The notes below the pieces were generated by a model that saw only the letters and a program-made list of their open reading frames with translations, had not been told where the DNA came from and did not search any database. Positions 13,511 to 25,949 of a stretch of DNA of 64,000 nt are shown one piece after another. The position numbers and the translations under genes are program-made. Position 1 is the stretch's first letter. Every line of letters starts with the position of its first letter. The DNA is from Octopus vulgaris (taxonomy: Eukaryota), in the NCBI GenBank assembly GCA_951406725.2, contig OX597828.1:46066001-46130000 (forward strand), given 5' to 3'.

Positions 13511-13522
13511 ACATACATATAT

Positions 13523-13579
<57 letters not shown>

Positions 13580-13672
13580 CAAATGGCGGTGTCCCAGCAT
13601 GGCCGCAGCAAGTGAGCTGAAACCAGTTCAATTCAATTCATATATATATATATATACATATAAACATACATA

Positions 13673-14058
13673 TCTATTGTATAAAATCCGTTCTGTCTGT
13701 CTGTGTTTGTGTCTTCTAGGACTTCGGGCATCCTCCATCCGATTGCGCTCAAATTTGATATGTAGATACCGACGGTATCAGGGCGTGTATAAGTCTTGAA
13801 AAGATTACAAAAATCGATTCCAGGTGAGACTGCGATCGATAAAGCTGTGGGAACGTGTATTTGTAAAATCGTTTTTCTTTGGAATAGAAAAAAATGTCTA
13901 TCTTTATTTCTTATTTTGCTGGTGTCTCAAATTTAGGTTAAATCAGTGTTTCTCAAAGGGGAAACATATGGGACGGTCGGACAAGTTGTTTTGAGAAAAT
14001 TTGGTTTAAATGTTTGACAGCTCAGCACCGTTCATTTGACGGGGAGGCGTTTTGCTCG
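13673..14058 (+). mobile_element. Non-autonomous Helitron-like element
   Basis: 5' A|TCTATTGTATAAAA..(CTGT)n start; subterminal hairpin CCGT-TCATTTG-ACGG; 3' end CTCG|T (CTRR-like); inserted between A and T with no TSD. Confidence 0.65.
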
Positions 14059-14596
14059 TATATCTATATATACATGCATATAAACATACATAATACATAC
14101 ATACATATGTGTGTGTGTGTGTGTATGTCTGTATAAATCAAGGTACAAATAATGGTCATTACATAATTTTTCTTTTCTTGGACGAAATTTGGCTTACAGC
14201 CGTTTCCAGTAGTCATTATAGGTACATTACTGATAAGTTTATACAATTAGTCTATTGATCAATTGGAGAACATTAAAAGAGCTAAGAAAATTAATGCGAT
14301 TTTCAACAGAGCCAATTCTAGTTATAATAACCAGAGCAGTGGAGAGAGACTTGCTTTTGAAGAATTCCTTTTCATAAGGGGTAATGTGATAGCCAGGATG
14401 ATCTAAAACTGAATAAAGCCGAGAATTAAGTTACAGAAACAAAAATTACGAACATGAATACACTATGCTTCTAAATATTTGATATCATTTGAGATGTGAA
14501 TACCAAAGAAACTACGTAGTCAAAGCAAACGAAACTAAACAGGCTTAATGTTGAGCAACATAAAAATTATTCCTCCAAATTAGAATGAGATTTTCA

Positions 14597-15351
14597 AAGG
14601 TATGTGGATTCCATGAACGATTTCTTGAAGATGGCGCAGAACACATTGACTTTTGCTGAGTCCCCCTCATGCTCAACTGTAGCATGGGGATTTTCTTGGC
14701 CCCCAAATACGAACATTATGCTTATTGACTTTACCATTCGTATGAAATATGGCCTCATCACTGTAAACATGATGCTCTCTGAACTCGGCTTCATCAAGTT
14801 TCTCTTGCATATCAACACAGAATTGTTTGCGATTTCGGTTGACATCTGCCGTTATGGTCTGAACGAACTGCAGCTTGTGGGATTTCGTTAGCAAGCGTTT
14901 CCTCGGGAGGTGCTAAACTGTCGTTGAAGGAAACTGGGTTTCCAGACTTGTTCTTGTTATGGACTTCTTGGGGATTCGCAAGATTTTTGGCTAACTTGCT
15001 CGACCGTCTCTTCCGATGTTAGTGGTCGTCCAGATCATTTGGCCTGTACAGACAGCCTTCCTCTCAATTTTTTGCGCTATGTCGAAATCTGCATTGCCGT
15101 TGGTGATAGTTTAGAGAATGCTTTCACAAATGCAGGTGCACAGTCTTGTTCGACTGTGTTCGAACATACTCCACACACAAAACGCCCTTTCTCTTCCACT
15201 GAATGCCATTTCTACACTTGAAAAGATAAACATATCAAACATTAAACATTAAACTGTTTTTATACGTGCTGTTAAAATTTGAAGTCATTTGAACAAGAAC
15301 TGGCAAACTTGTTAGATTGTGAAATGATAGCAAATATTTCTAAACACCCTG
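14597..15351 (-). mobile_element. Tc1/mariner-superfamily transposon (DUF4817-HTH type), 3'-truncated pseudogene
   Basis: TA+CAGGGTGTTTAG terminus at 15351; YSDEAIFHTNGKVNKHNVRIWG..ENPHATVEHEGDSAKVNVFCAI across a frameshift. Confidence 0.85.
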
Positions 15352-15822
15352 TATTTTGAAAGGAGGAAAAATATGACAATAGCAACCAGGGCAAACAAAG
15401 ACGAATTGATCTCTTGTTATTGTCCCAAAAATGAAAGAGCTCTGCAGGTGAATGCAATATGGTACAAATAAAAGCGGAAAAGAAACATCTTTCGACCACT
15501 GGATGCATTTCCAGAATTCTACCTGTTTAATAATGGAAGGGCAGGTTGTACCAACTGAGAACAAAGTAGGGTCGAACTTTGGTTCTTAAAGTATGAACGA
15601 AGCACCAAAATATAGTTGATACAGATGATCATGAAATCTAGATCAATAATAATCTGCAAAACATTCCGAAAATGAATAGACGATTGGCAGTATTGATGAG
15701 TAAACTTATAACGCTTCTACACAAGAATTTATTTACCGTATGTTTTATGACAATCATGCAACGGTTCATATACTGCTCATAAACAATAAAACTAAAATAA
15801 GTAAAAAACAAACTTATATACA

Positions 15823-15970
15823 TAGGCGCTGGTATGGCTGTATGGCAAGAAGTTTCCTTCTCAACCATATGGTTCCGGTTCAATCCCACTGTGCTGCAAG
15901 TCTCTTCTACTATAGCCACGGGCCGACTAAAAGCCTTCTGAATGGATTTGTTAGACGGAAACTGAAGCAA
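15823..15970 (+). mobile_element. Diverged SINE family A head
   Basis: GGCGCTGGTATGGCTGTATGG..GGTTCAATCCC. Confidence 0.75.
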
Positions 15971-16433
15971 CCACGAAACGAAAGATAGATTTATCATTAG
16001 TCTTTATTCCTTTATGAATGGAATATTTTTCCTCAAATTGTGTTGCATCGATCGGTGTAGTCTGGGTCACATCAGGTGCATGCATAGTGTCCCACTAAAT
16101 ATATTTAGTTCTCGCAGTCATGTTGATGTTTTACCGCTGTACCAGAGGAAAACCATCAACACAATTGGATTCACAACATCCCATTCCGAAAGGACAGGCG
16201 CAGGAGGGGTTGAAATGAACGTCGTACTGAATAAAGACTAATGCCAAATCCATCTTCCGTTTCTTCCATCAATTGTTATGTAAACAAACACTACGGAATT
16301 CTTGATACAGTTTCGGCGGAAATATACCCCAAAGGCGGATGACACCAGGTAGCCCAAACTGTGAACATGCTTTACTCAATACACAAATTGACATATACAC
16401 ATTGCTCAAACAAAATTACACACATACATATAC

Positions 16434-16475
<42 letters not shown>

Positions 16476-16492
16476 GTATATGTATGTGTATG

Positions 16493-16533
<41 letters not shown>

Positions 16534-16559
16534 GTGTATGTGTGTGTGTGTGTGTGTGC

Positions 16560-16920
16560 GTGATTTGACAGCCGGTGTTGGTGTGTTTACCTCCTCGTAA
16601 CATTAGAGTCATAAAAGGCTTTTAAAAAAAAGTACTGGGGCTGATTCGTTCGACGAAAATACTTCAAGGCAGTGCCACAGCATGGCCTCATACAAGCACA
16701 CGCGCGCACGCGAACACACGCAAACACACACACACACATACACACACACACATATATATATATTCGATGGGCTTCTTTCAGTTCCCGTCAGCCAAATCTA
16801 CTCACAAGACTTTGGTCTTTTCGAGGCTGTAGAAGACACCAAAAGTGCCACACAGTGGGACTGACTCTGGAACCTTGTGGCTGGGAAGCAAGCTTCTTAC
16901 CACACAGCCACGCCCGCAGC
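16560..16920. mobile_element. Two diverged SINE family A fragments (tail on +, head on -)
   Basis: Homology to family A. Confidence 0.7.
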
Positions 16921-16926
16921 TATACG

Positions 16927-17337
16927 CTTTTACTCTTTTACTTGTTTCAGTCATTTGACTGCGGCCATGCTGGAGCACCGCCTTTAGTCGAGCAAATCGA
17001 CCCCGGGACTTATTTTTGTAAGCCCAGTACTTATTCTATCTGTCTCTTTTTGCCGAACCGCTAAGTGACGGGGACGTAAACACACCAGCATCGGTTGTCA
17101 TGCGATGTTGGGGAGACAAACACAGACACACAAACATATACACACACATACATATATATATAGATATATACATATATACGACAGGCTTCTTTCAGTTTCC
17201 GTCTACCAAATTCACTCACAAAGGCATTGGTCGGCCCGAGGCTATAGCAGAAGACACTTGCCCAAGATGCCACGCAGTGGGACTGAACCCGGAACCATGT
17301 AGTTGGTAAGCAAGCTACTTACCACACAGCCACTCCT
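16927..17337 (-). mobile_element. SINE family A
   Basis: Near full-length copy. Confidence 0.9.
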
Positions 17338-17654
17338 CTTTAACAATCCTTCATAACGTTGGTAGCTATCTCATCTCCATTAACAGTTTTTGTATACTTT
17401 CAATTTTTCCTTTTTCATATGTTATTTTTCGATCTCAGCTTTAATTAATTAATAGGGTTTGAGCAGATATTGGTTCAAACCATTGGAGCCTCGCCTCCAG
17501 ATGCAATTTAATGTTTTCCTCAGAGCAAAAATTCAAGACACCTGATACAAACTTCGCACTCTTGAAAAGATACACTGACATGGAATTTTCTCGGAAGATC
17601 CTATGTTTCCAACAACGCAAATATTCTTGCTGATATTACATCTCTTTGTGAGAT

Positions 17655-17880
17655 ATCAGCTGTCAGAAACGTTATCATGCTGGGCGAAATGCTTAACGGT
17701 ATTTCGTCTGCCACTACGTTCTGAGTTCAAATTCCACCGAGGTCGACTTTGCCTTTCATCCTTTCGGGGTCGATTAAATAAGTACCTATTTCTTTATTAC
17801 CCACAAGGGGCTAAACATAGAGGGGACAAACAAGGACAGACATAGGTATTAAGCCGATTACATAGACCCCAGTGCGTAAC
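17655..17880 (+). mobile_element. SINE family D (Meta-domain-like) with internally inverted tail
   Basis: GAGTTCAAATTCC B-box and GCCTTTCATCCTTTCGGGGTCGAT (MetaSINE-like core); segment from about 17785 to 17880 is the reverse complement of the normal continuation. Confidence 0.8.
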
Positions 17881-18244
17881 ATGGTTCCGGGTTCAGTCCC
17901 ACTGCGTGGCATCATGGGCTAGTGTCTTCTGCTATAGCCCCGGGCCGACCAATGCCTTGTGAGTGGATTTGGTAGACGGAAACTGAAAGAAGCCTGTCGT
18001 ATATATGTATATATATATAAGTGTGTGTGTATGTTTGTCTGTCTGTGTTTGGCCCCCATAGCATTGCTTGACAACCGATGCTGGTGTGTTCACGTCCCCT
18101 CCACTTAGCGGTACGGCAAAAGAGACCGATAGAATAAGTACTGGGCGTACAAAGAATAAGTCTTGGGGTCGATTTGCTCGACTAAAGGCGGTGCTCCAGC
18201 ATGGCCGCAGTCAAATGACTGAAACAAGTAAAAGAGTAAAGAGT
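17880..18244 (+). mobile_element. SINE family A, 5'-truncated
   Basis: Homology to family A. Confidence 0.9.
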
Positions 18245-18426
18245 ATATATATCGCACCAGTCGATCCTGTCTCCTCTCATCAGCCAATGAACTTTTACAT
18301 GTTCTCTACCTGGACTTTCTACTCTCATACTCTTCAGCTGCACCTCTCCGGCCCATGGATTACGCAGGACTCTTCTGTTGATGATATACATACATAAATA
18401 CATACATACATACATACATACATACA

Positions 18427-18477
<51 letters not shown>

Positions 18478-18489
<12 letters not shown>

Positions 18490-18907
18490 TTCGAGACAAA
18501 ACCACTATTTTGCAAAACAAACAAGGAAAAACTTAATCAATACATAAAAATTTTTAATATAAAGAAACAAACCGCCACTACAATCGTTTCATGTCTTCAA
18601 TGACATTCGTCAGGTGGATTTTCGATCTCCTAATCTGTTTTAATTTATGAAGACTTCAAAAATTAAAACAGATTAGGAGATCGAAAATCCACCTGACGAA
18701 TGTCATTGAAGACATGAAGCGATTGTAGTGGTGGTTTATTTCTTTATATTAAAAATTGTTATGTATTGATTAAGTCTTTCCTTGTTTGTTTTGCAAAATA
18801 GTGGTTTTGTCTCGAATTAATATTATATAATATTTTACTATAAAATTGGATTTAATCCTAAATCTGATTTTTTCCCTGTAAATTTGGATTTATTCCCTAA
18901 TATTTAT

Positions 18908-18912
<5 letters not shown>
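18478..18912 (+). mobile_element. Fold-back Penelope-type element in (TA)n with a hammerhead in each arm
   Basis: About 175-bp inverted arms centred near 18653, plus about 85 bp unpaired 3' tail. Confidence 0.85.
18575..18617 (-). ncRNA. Type I hammerhead ribozyme, canonical core
   Basis: CCAC-CTGACGA-ATGTC(attgaa)GACAT-GAAAC(gatt)GTA^-GTGG; the mirror copy at 18689-18731 (+) has GAAG instead of GAAA. Confidence 0.85.
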
Positions 18913-18957
<45 letters not shown>

Positions 18958-19201
18958 CTTATAAAATAAGGCCAAAAGAAACATTCTGCTGCCAAATATG
19001 CCGAAAAAAGACAAAGTTGTCAATAACCATTATAATTTATGCGTCTCGAAACAAGCCGATAGAAATTTCTAAAAAATCCGTTATTACCGTATTGGTCCAA
19101 ATTTGGGGATTAATTCATAAGAATTTTCCCCACTTCAGCGATAAATACGTAAGACATAAATGGAATACTTACTCATACCCATGGAAAAAGCAAGCACTAA
19201 G

Positions 19202-19263
<62 letters not shown>

Positions 19264-19791
19264 ATATATTTGTGGGTGTTAGTGTGTGCGTCTACAGAGA
19301 GAGAGAAAAATAGATAACTAGACAGCCAGACACGTATATAGAAGTGAGTTTTTGAGAGTGTATATGTGTATGTACGTGTATGCATGTATGTGTGTGTGCA
19401 TGCATGTGTGTATTTGTGTGGGTATGCCTTTGGGTCTGTGTGTGTTTGTGAGCAATTGTGTGTTTATGTGCACCTATGTATCTGTCTGTCAGTCTATCTC
19501 TGGCAGACGGTTTATGCCTCTCTCTCTCCAATTCTCTCTCACACATTCTCTCTCCTTCTCCCTCTCTCCCACTCTCCCTGTCCCCCCCCTCTACCAGCAT
19601 TGCTCTCTGTCTGTCATTGTCCACCAGACCCCCTCTCCCCATCTATTGTGTATGTCTCTATGAAATTTCGGGAACTAGGTCAATACAATTTTGCACTTAG
19701 TAAAACCAAATCAAAATGAAAACACACGCAGACACACACATAACAACAATCACAGACATTCACAGGCGCACTCACGACCACACAAGCACAC

Positions 19792-19826
<35 letters not shown>

Positions 19827-20511
19827 ACCACACACACAGATACACATACATACGCATTCATCCGAATGTATATAACTGTATACTGAAACCCATGGGTGAC
19901 GCAGGAATGACAGACAGGCAGACAGACAAGGGACAGTTATTGTTATATATATTGTTATATATATATATATATGTATGTATATATACGTATATAAACACAC
20001 ATATATATATATACATACATACATACACATATGTATATATATACACAGACACACACTATATGTATATATGTATATCCATCCATCTATCTATCTATCTATC
20101 TCAATATATATATATGTATATATATATATGTGTGTGTGTGTATGTGTGTGTGTGTATTTGTGTGTGTGTGTGTATATATATATATATACATAAATATATT
20201 TACTTATATAGGTGTGTGTGTGTGTATATGTATATGTACATATTTTAATTTTTTTATTTTATCTAGTTCCAGCTCACGAGCTGCGGCCATGCTGGGGCAC
20301 CGCCATGTATAAACACACACGTAGAGATATACACAAAATTATGCCCTTCTTATGCATATATATGTGTGTCTTTGTGTGTAGAGGGCGTATGCGTGTTGGT
20401 ATTCTCATGCATCTATTCGTATGTATGTGTTATTTGTCGTTGGTGGTGGTCGCGTTGTTAATATTATAATTTTTTTCTTAATGCATCCCCTTTGTGGTTA
20501 ATAAAGAAATC

Positions 20512-20512
20512 C

Positions 20513-20581
<69 letters not shown>

Positions 20582-20645
20582 TTATTATTATTATTATTAA
20601 TATTATTATTATTATTTATTATTATTGTTATTATTATTATTATTA

Positions 20646-20690
<45 letters not shown>

Positions 20691-20701
20691 TAGTATTATT
20701 C

Positions 20702-20760
<59 letters not shown>

Positions 20761-20799
20761 ATTATTACAATTATTATTATTTATTATTATTACAATTAC

Positions 20800-20863
<64 letters not shown>

Positions 20864-20896
20864 TATTCTTCTTCTTCTTATTATTATTATTATTCT
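20512..20896. repeat. (TTA)n microsatellite, mirrored by (TAA)n/(CAA)n at 21312-21562
   Basis: Directly visible. Confidence 0.95.
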
Positions 20897-20899
20897 ATA

Positions 20900-21142
20900 T
20901 TTAAAAGATGAGGAATTATGTACATTATATACATTATTTACATTTGACGGCCGTTCGTCCTCACCTCGTTTGTTGTTAACACAGCTGATATACCCTCCGG
21001 CCTTCATCAGGTGTCTTGGGGAAATTTCGAACCTGGATTCTCATTTCTAACGTATTGTTCAATTAAGGCTGGAGGGTATATCAGCCGAAACGTTGAGTTA
21101 GCAACAATATCAGGACAAATATCCATCAAAAGTAAATAATTT
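20900..21142 (-). mobile_element. Decayed fold-back element with split hammerhead remnants, adjacent to (TTA)n
   Basis: Left arm (minus) ACAC-CTGATGA-AGGCCGGAGGGTATATCAGC-TGTGTT lacks GAAAC; right arm (+) AGGCTGGAGGGTATATCAGCC-GAAAC-GTT-GAGT lacks CTGATGA. Confidence 0.65.
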
Positions 21143-21169
21143 AAATAGAGTATGTAACTGTTGCATAAT

Positions 21170-21298
21170 TTTTTCTACCCCTAAATGATGAAAGGCAAAG
21201 TCGACCTCGGCGGAATTTGAACTCAGAACGGCGCGACGGGCGAAATACTGCTAAGCATTCTGCCCGGCGAGCTAACGATTCTACCCGCTCGCCGCCTT
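21170..21298 (-). mobile_element. SINE family D head
   Basis: Reverse complement of AAGGCGGCGAGC..GAGTTCAAATTCCGCCGAGGTCGACTTTGCC. Confidence 0.8.
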
Positions 21299-21326
21299 AC
21301 TCGCAAAGGTTTAATAATAATTAATG

Positions 21327-21400
<74 letters not shown>

Positions 21401-21452
21401 GATAATAATAATAGTAATAATAATAAGAATAATAATAATTGTAATAATAATG

Positions 21453-21492
<40 letters not shown>

Positions 21493-21502
21493 CAACAATA
21501 AC

Positions 21503-21547
<45 letters not shown>

Positions 21548-21569
21548 AATAATAATAATAATATATAAA

Positions 21570-21608
<39 letters not shown>

Positions 21609-22063
21609 TATATATGTAAATAATTATACAATGACCCGCAGATATATATTGAGTGGAATGTGTACGCTTAAATATGTTCAGAGAGGGAGAGAGAGAAAGA
21701 GAGATGACAGAGAGAGAGAAAGAGCGAGAGAGAGAGAGAGGGAGAGAGTTTTAAGGTAGAGAAAGAAAGCAAGGAACAAAAGATAGAGGGGAAACAGATA
21801 TACAGAGCGATAGGCAGTTTTTCTGGGATGTATATACATTTCTACATTTCCTCCTACATGCTACACATACTCCAATGATCATAAGCCCATAATATCTGTG
21901 TGTGTTTGTGTGTATGTGTGTGTGTATGCATGTAAGTGTATGTGTGTGCGTCTATGTGTGTGTATGTACGTGTGTGCGCACGTGTGTATGTTTGGTGTGC
22001 ATTTTACATATACATATGTTAGTGTATATATACGCAAATATGCACAGACAAGCATAATATAAG

Positions 22064-24930
22064 TGTAGTGATCCTATATAATATAAGTGTAGTGATCCAT
22101 TTTCTATTTTCGCGCGTGCGAGTGTTGGTGCCTTCACCAAGGCACAGAAAGGAAGGGCCCTCTCGCGCATGCGCGAACCACCGGAAGCACGACCCTTTTG
22201 CCTACGTGGTAGTTAGCCAAGGCAAGGGGGTCGTAGAACGTTTGACCACTAGCAGCAGTCACCAGGGACTTGGGACAGCAGCGACCGAAGGCGACGGACG
22301 TGTATTTTCTCGCTGTCCAGCTTTGATAGCAGTCGGCCGAAAGCTTTTAACCAAATTGTTGCCGACCACATTCATCTTCCCTGTTCCGGACGCCATCTTT
22401 AACCCGTTCTGTTTTTAGCGGCTGAACATTGTAAATATTACGATCCCTTAACTTTCAGCCTTGCGCGCCCAGAACCAAGGACATCAGATAACCACTTATT
22501 GTCACTGTTACCACGTTAGAGAATAAAGTAGTATATATCTTTTACGTCTGCGTCTTGTTGTTTCTGACTGGTAGAATTCTGGATTGTTAAAGCAACGGCT
22601 AGTGATTGCTTTCTTGTACCCCGAAAGTACAAGAGAAGATATTCACACTAAGCTCGTTACAGTGGTGACCCCCCGACGTGATTCTGGTCTAAAACCAGAG
22701 ATCACTAATCAACAAAGAAATCCAGTTTTTCTGCGAAGTCGGAACACGATTAACTCTACGCATTCATCTTTCGACGATTTGTTTCCGTCCTCTCGGACCG
22801 TTATAGAAGGAGCCCTTTTCTTATTCTACAGCCATGATGATGAACGCCATCATATCAACGATGCCTTTTCTCTGCCTTCGTCATCATCATCGTCGTCTTT
22901 CTACTTCACGTCGTCGTTATCTTCGTCGCCATCATCACTAAGAACAATGTTGTCTCAAGTCCACTACAGTCGCCTTCCACCACCACCGTCGCCTTTCAAC
23001 ACCGTCGACCTCCACAAGATGTACATAGCAACTCGCGGAACTTTAACGTGCACGCTGTATGTGCATATGCACACCAAGGTTTCACAGCACCGTCTATCTA
23101 CTAGATTCTTCTGTTCCAGTTAACCTGTCACAGCATCGAAGCTACAACCGCTACACATTGTGTTCAACCGGCATCTGCATTTTGTGATTTCAACATTTCT
23201 GTTACAGAACGAACTGCTATTGTGCATCAGGCTATTACAGACTGGTAAACTAACTCCATTGTCTGGAATAGCCTTGAGAGACATTTTTTTCTATGCGCTG
23301 TATTTTTTATATTTTGCTCGCATTTCACCTTGTATGTATTTTTGTCGCACACACGTACACACACATAAATGCTATCTCTCACATACATACGTCACACATG
23401 CTTTTCTCGCTTGTTTCTTTTCCATGCTAAATTTGCCTTTTATGGACACACCTCATTTCTGTAGACCCTAAGGGGTCACGTATACATAGAGAGGGTTGTT
23501 TGTTCATTATAACGCGCCGGCATGCCATACTTTTGTTCCTGTACGAACGAGGCATATAATCGCTCAACCACAGGCATATTCATTTGCTGTTTTTCGGTCT
23601 GGCAAGCACTATTGCATTTCATGAGCCTTTGCTTCGCACGTGTATTGCCTTGTTTTTTGCAACACGTTTGCGTTAGCTTAATTCTTTTCCCGACTCATAG
23701 AATGTCGGATGTTCACATGCGCTGCGCCATGTTTAGGCGTAATTATTTTTCCCTGTTAGACCACTGTTGGTCACGTAATTAACAGAAAATTATCTGTGTC
23801 GCGCATCACACCAGCCTGTTTGCACTTTTGCCTTTTGTGTTACTAGCGAGCTTCTGTCAATTCCATTTCCTCTCCTGCAGCAATTGATTTAACTGCTATT
23901 TTGCAGGATCAACCTCCTTTAGAGAAGTTGGATTTTAATTTCGCCTAGGTTCATTGACTGTGAGTTTTGCTTTCCCTCCGCTCCTTTCAGCGGAAGGGTT
24001 TATACTTTGTGACGTATACACTTTCATGCATGCACTCTTGATTTTTGCTCATTGAGTATTTTTTCTCTTTTTCCTTTAGTAAATTTCTTGTGTATGTTAT
24101 AAATTTTGCCATTTTATTATATTGTGTGCATGTTTGGTTATCTGGTGTCCACCTTGAGTTTTGCAGTCACTACAATAAGTTTCCTTCGTGCGTACGCACT
24201 GGAGGAGAGCCTTGTAGTGATCCTATAACGGTGCGCGCGCGCACCGTCCATTTTCTATTTTCGCGCGTGCGAGTGTTGGTGCCTTCACCAAGGCACAGAA
24301 AGGAAAGGCCCTCTCGCGCATGCGCGAACCACCGGAAGCACGACCCTTTTGCCTACGTGGTAGTTAGCCAAGGCAAGGGGGTCGTAGAACGTTTGACCAC
24401 TAGCAGCAGTCAGCGGGGACTTGGGACGGCAGCGACCGAAGGCGACGGACGTGCATTTTCTCGCTGTCCAGCTTTGATAGCAGTCGGCCGAAAGCTTTTA
24501 ACCAAATTGTTGCCGACCACATTCATCTTCCCTGTTCCGGACGCCATCTTTAACCCATTCTGTTTTTAGCGGCTGAACATTGTAAATATTACAATCCATT
24601 AACTTTCAGCCTTGCGCGCCCAGAACCAAGGACATCAGATAACCACTTATTGTTACTGTTACCATCTTTAACCCATTCTGTTTTTAGCGGCTGAACATTG
24701 TAAATATTACAATCCATTAACTTTCAGCCTTGCGCGCCCAGAACCAAGGACATCAGATAACCACTTATTGTTACTGTTACCACGTTAGAGAATAAAGTAG
24801 TATATATCTTTTACGTCTGCGTCTTGTTGTTTCTGACTGGTAGAATTCTGGATTGTTAAAGCAACGGCTAGTGATTGCTTTCTTGTACCCCGAAAGTACA
24901 AGAGAAGATATTTACACGAAGTTCGTTACA
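22064..24930 (+). mobile_element. Complete non-autonomous (non-coding) LTR retrotransposon, Gypsy-like termini
   Basis: LTRs 22064-22661 and 24213-24930 (TGTAGTGA..TCGTTACA); PBS TGGTGACCCCCCGACGTGAT at 22663-22682 (tRNA-Trp 3' complement with 2 extra C); PPT GGAGGAGAG at 24201-24209; 4-bp TSD TAAG at 22060-22063 and 24931-24934; no gag/pol motifs seen in the 1.5-kb interior. Confidence 0.92.
24544..24781 (+). repeat. 118-bp tandem duplication inside the 3' LTR
   Basis: CCATCTTTAACCCATTCTG..TTACTGTTAC begins at 24544 and 24662; single copy in the 5' LTR. Confidence 0.9.
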
Positions 24931-25097
24931 TAAGCATAGAGAAATCAACATAGATGATTGCACGGACACACAGACAAGCTCGAGCACACACACATAGACA
25001 TATACACATATACACACACATACACACACAGACATGTAAACACCGAAATGCCAAAATGCGTCCACACACAGGATGTAATACGTACGCTGATATACAC

Positions 25098-25325
25098 CGA
25101 GCTGGCAGAAACGTTAGCACGCCGGCCGAAATATATAGCCGCAATTTCGTCTGGCGTTACGTTCTGAGTTCAAATTCCGCCGTGGTCGACTTTGCCTTTC
25201 ATCCTTTCAGGGTCGATGAATTAAGTACCAGTTACACACTGGGATCGATATAATCGACTTAATCCGTTTCTCTGTCCTTGTTTGTCCTCTCTATGTTTAG
25301 CCGCTTGGGGGTAATAAAGAAACAA
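25098..25325 (+). mobile_element. SINE family D
   Basis: GAGCTGGCAGAAACGTTAGCACGCCG head, B-box and Meta-like core. Confidence 0.85.
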
Positions 25326-25392
25326 ATATACACTCACATGATACGTCAGGATTCATTCAAATATACACAAATAATGAACCTATGCATGCATA

Positions 25393-25457
<65 letters not shown>

Positions 25458-25949
25458 ATATATATATGTATACACATATATATACATATATATATATGTA
25501 TATATTGCGAGGATGATCGGTTGTTGACTGAAGAATAAAGGCTTGGAATGATCCGTCCGTATTTTTTGTATCGTCTATTTGGATGTTTTGCGTTCTTGTC
25601 CCATTTTGTATTATTATATATATATATATATATATGTGTGTATGTGTTTGTGTGCGTGTGTGTATATATATGCAACTATATATATGTTCATATACATGTA
25701 TATACTTATATACGTATGCATTTGCTTATATATATATATAACATATTATATGTATGATAGACGATATATGAGGCCACACACACATATAACATACAGTTAT
25801 ATGCATGCATTCATGCATTAATACATACATACATTGAGAAGGAGTATTTAGATAGTCCAGCATATAATGCCTGACGTTAGGTAACACTTGGGCAGACGCA
25901 CAAATGCAGACAGCTTGACGTATCTATATACGCACACTACGATATATAT

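Noticed and set aside
18300-18345. CTGAAGA..GAAA on the minus strand as a hammerhead
   Set aside because: No stem I complementarity and GAAAG cannot form stem III.
22068-24569. Duplicated ORF HFLFSRVRVLVPSPRH..NPFCF
   Set aside because: Lies within the two LTRs; similarity follows from LTR identity and no protein motif is recognisable.
25505-25615. Possible decayed hammerhead-bearing terminus (also 31830-31955)
   Set aside because: CTGAAG(A) is present in a TA-flanked island but GAAAC and the stems are not recoverable.
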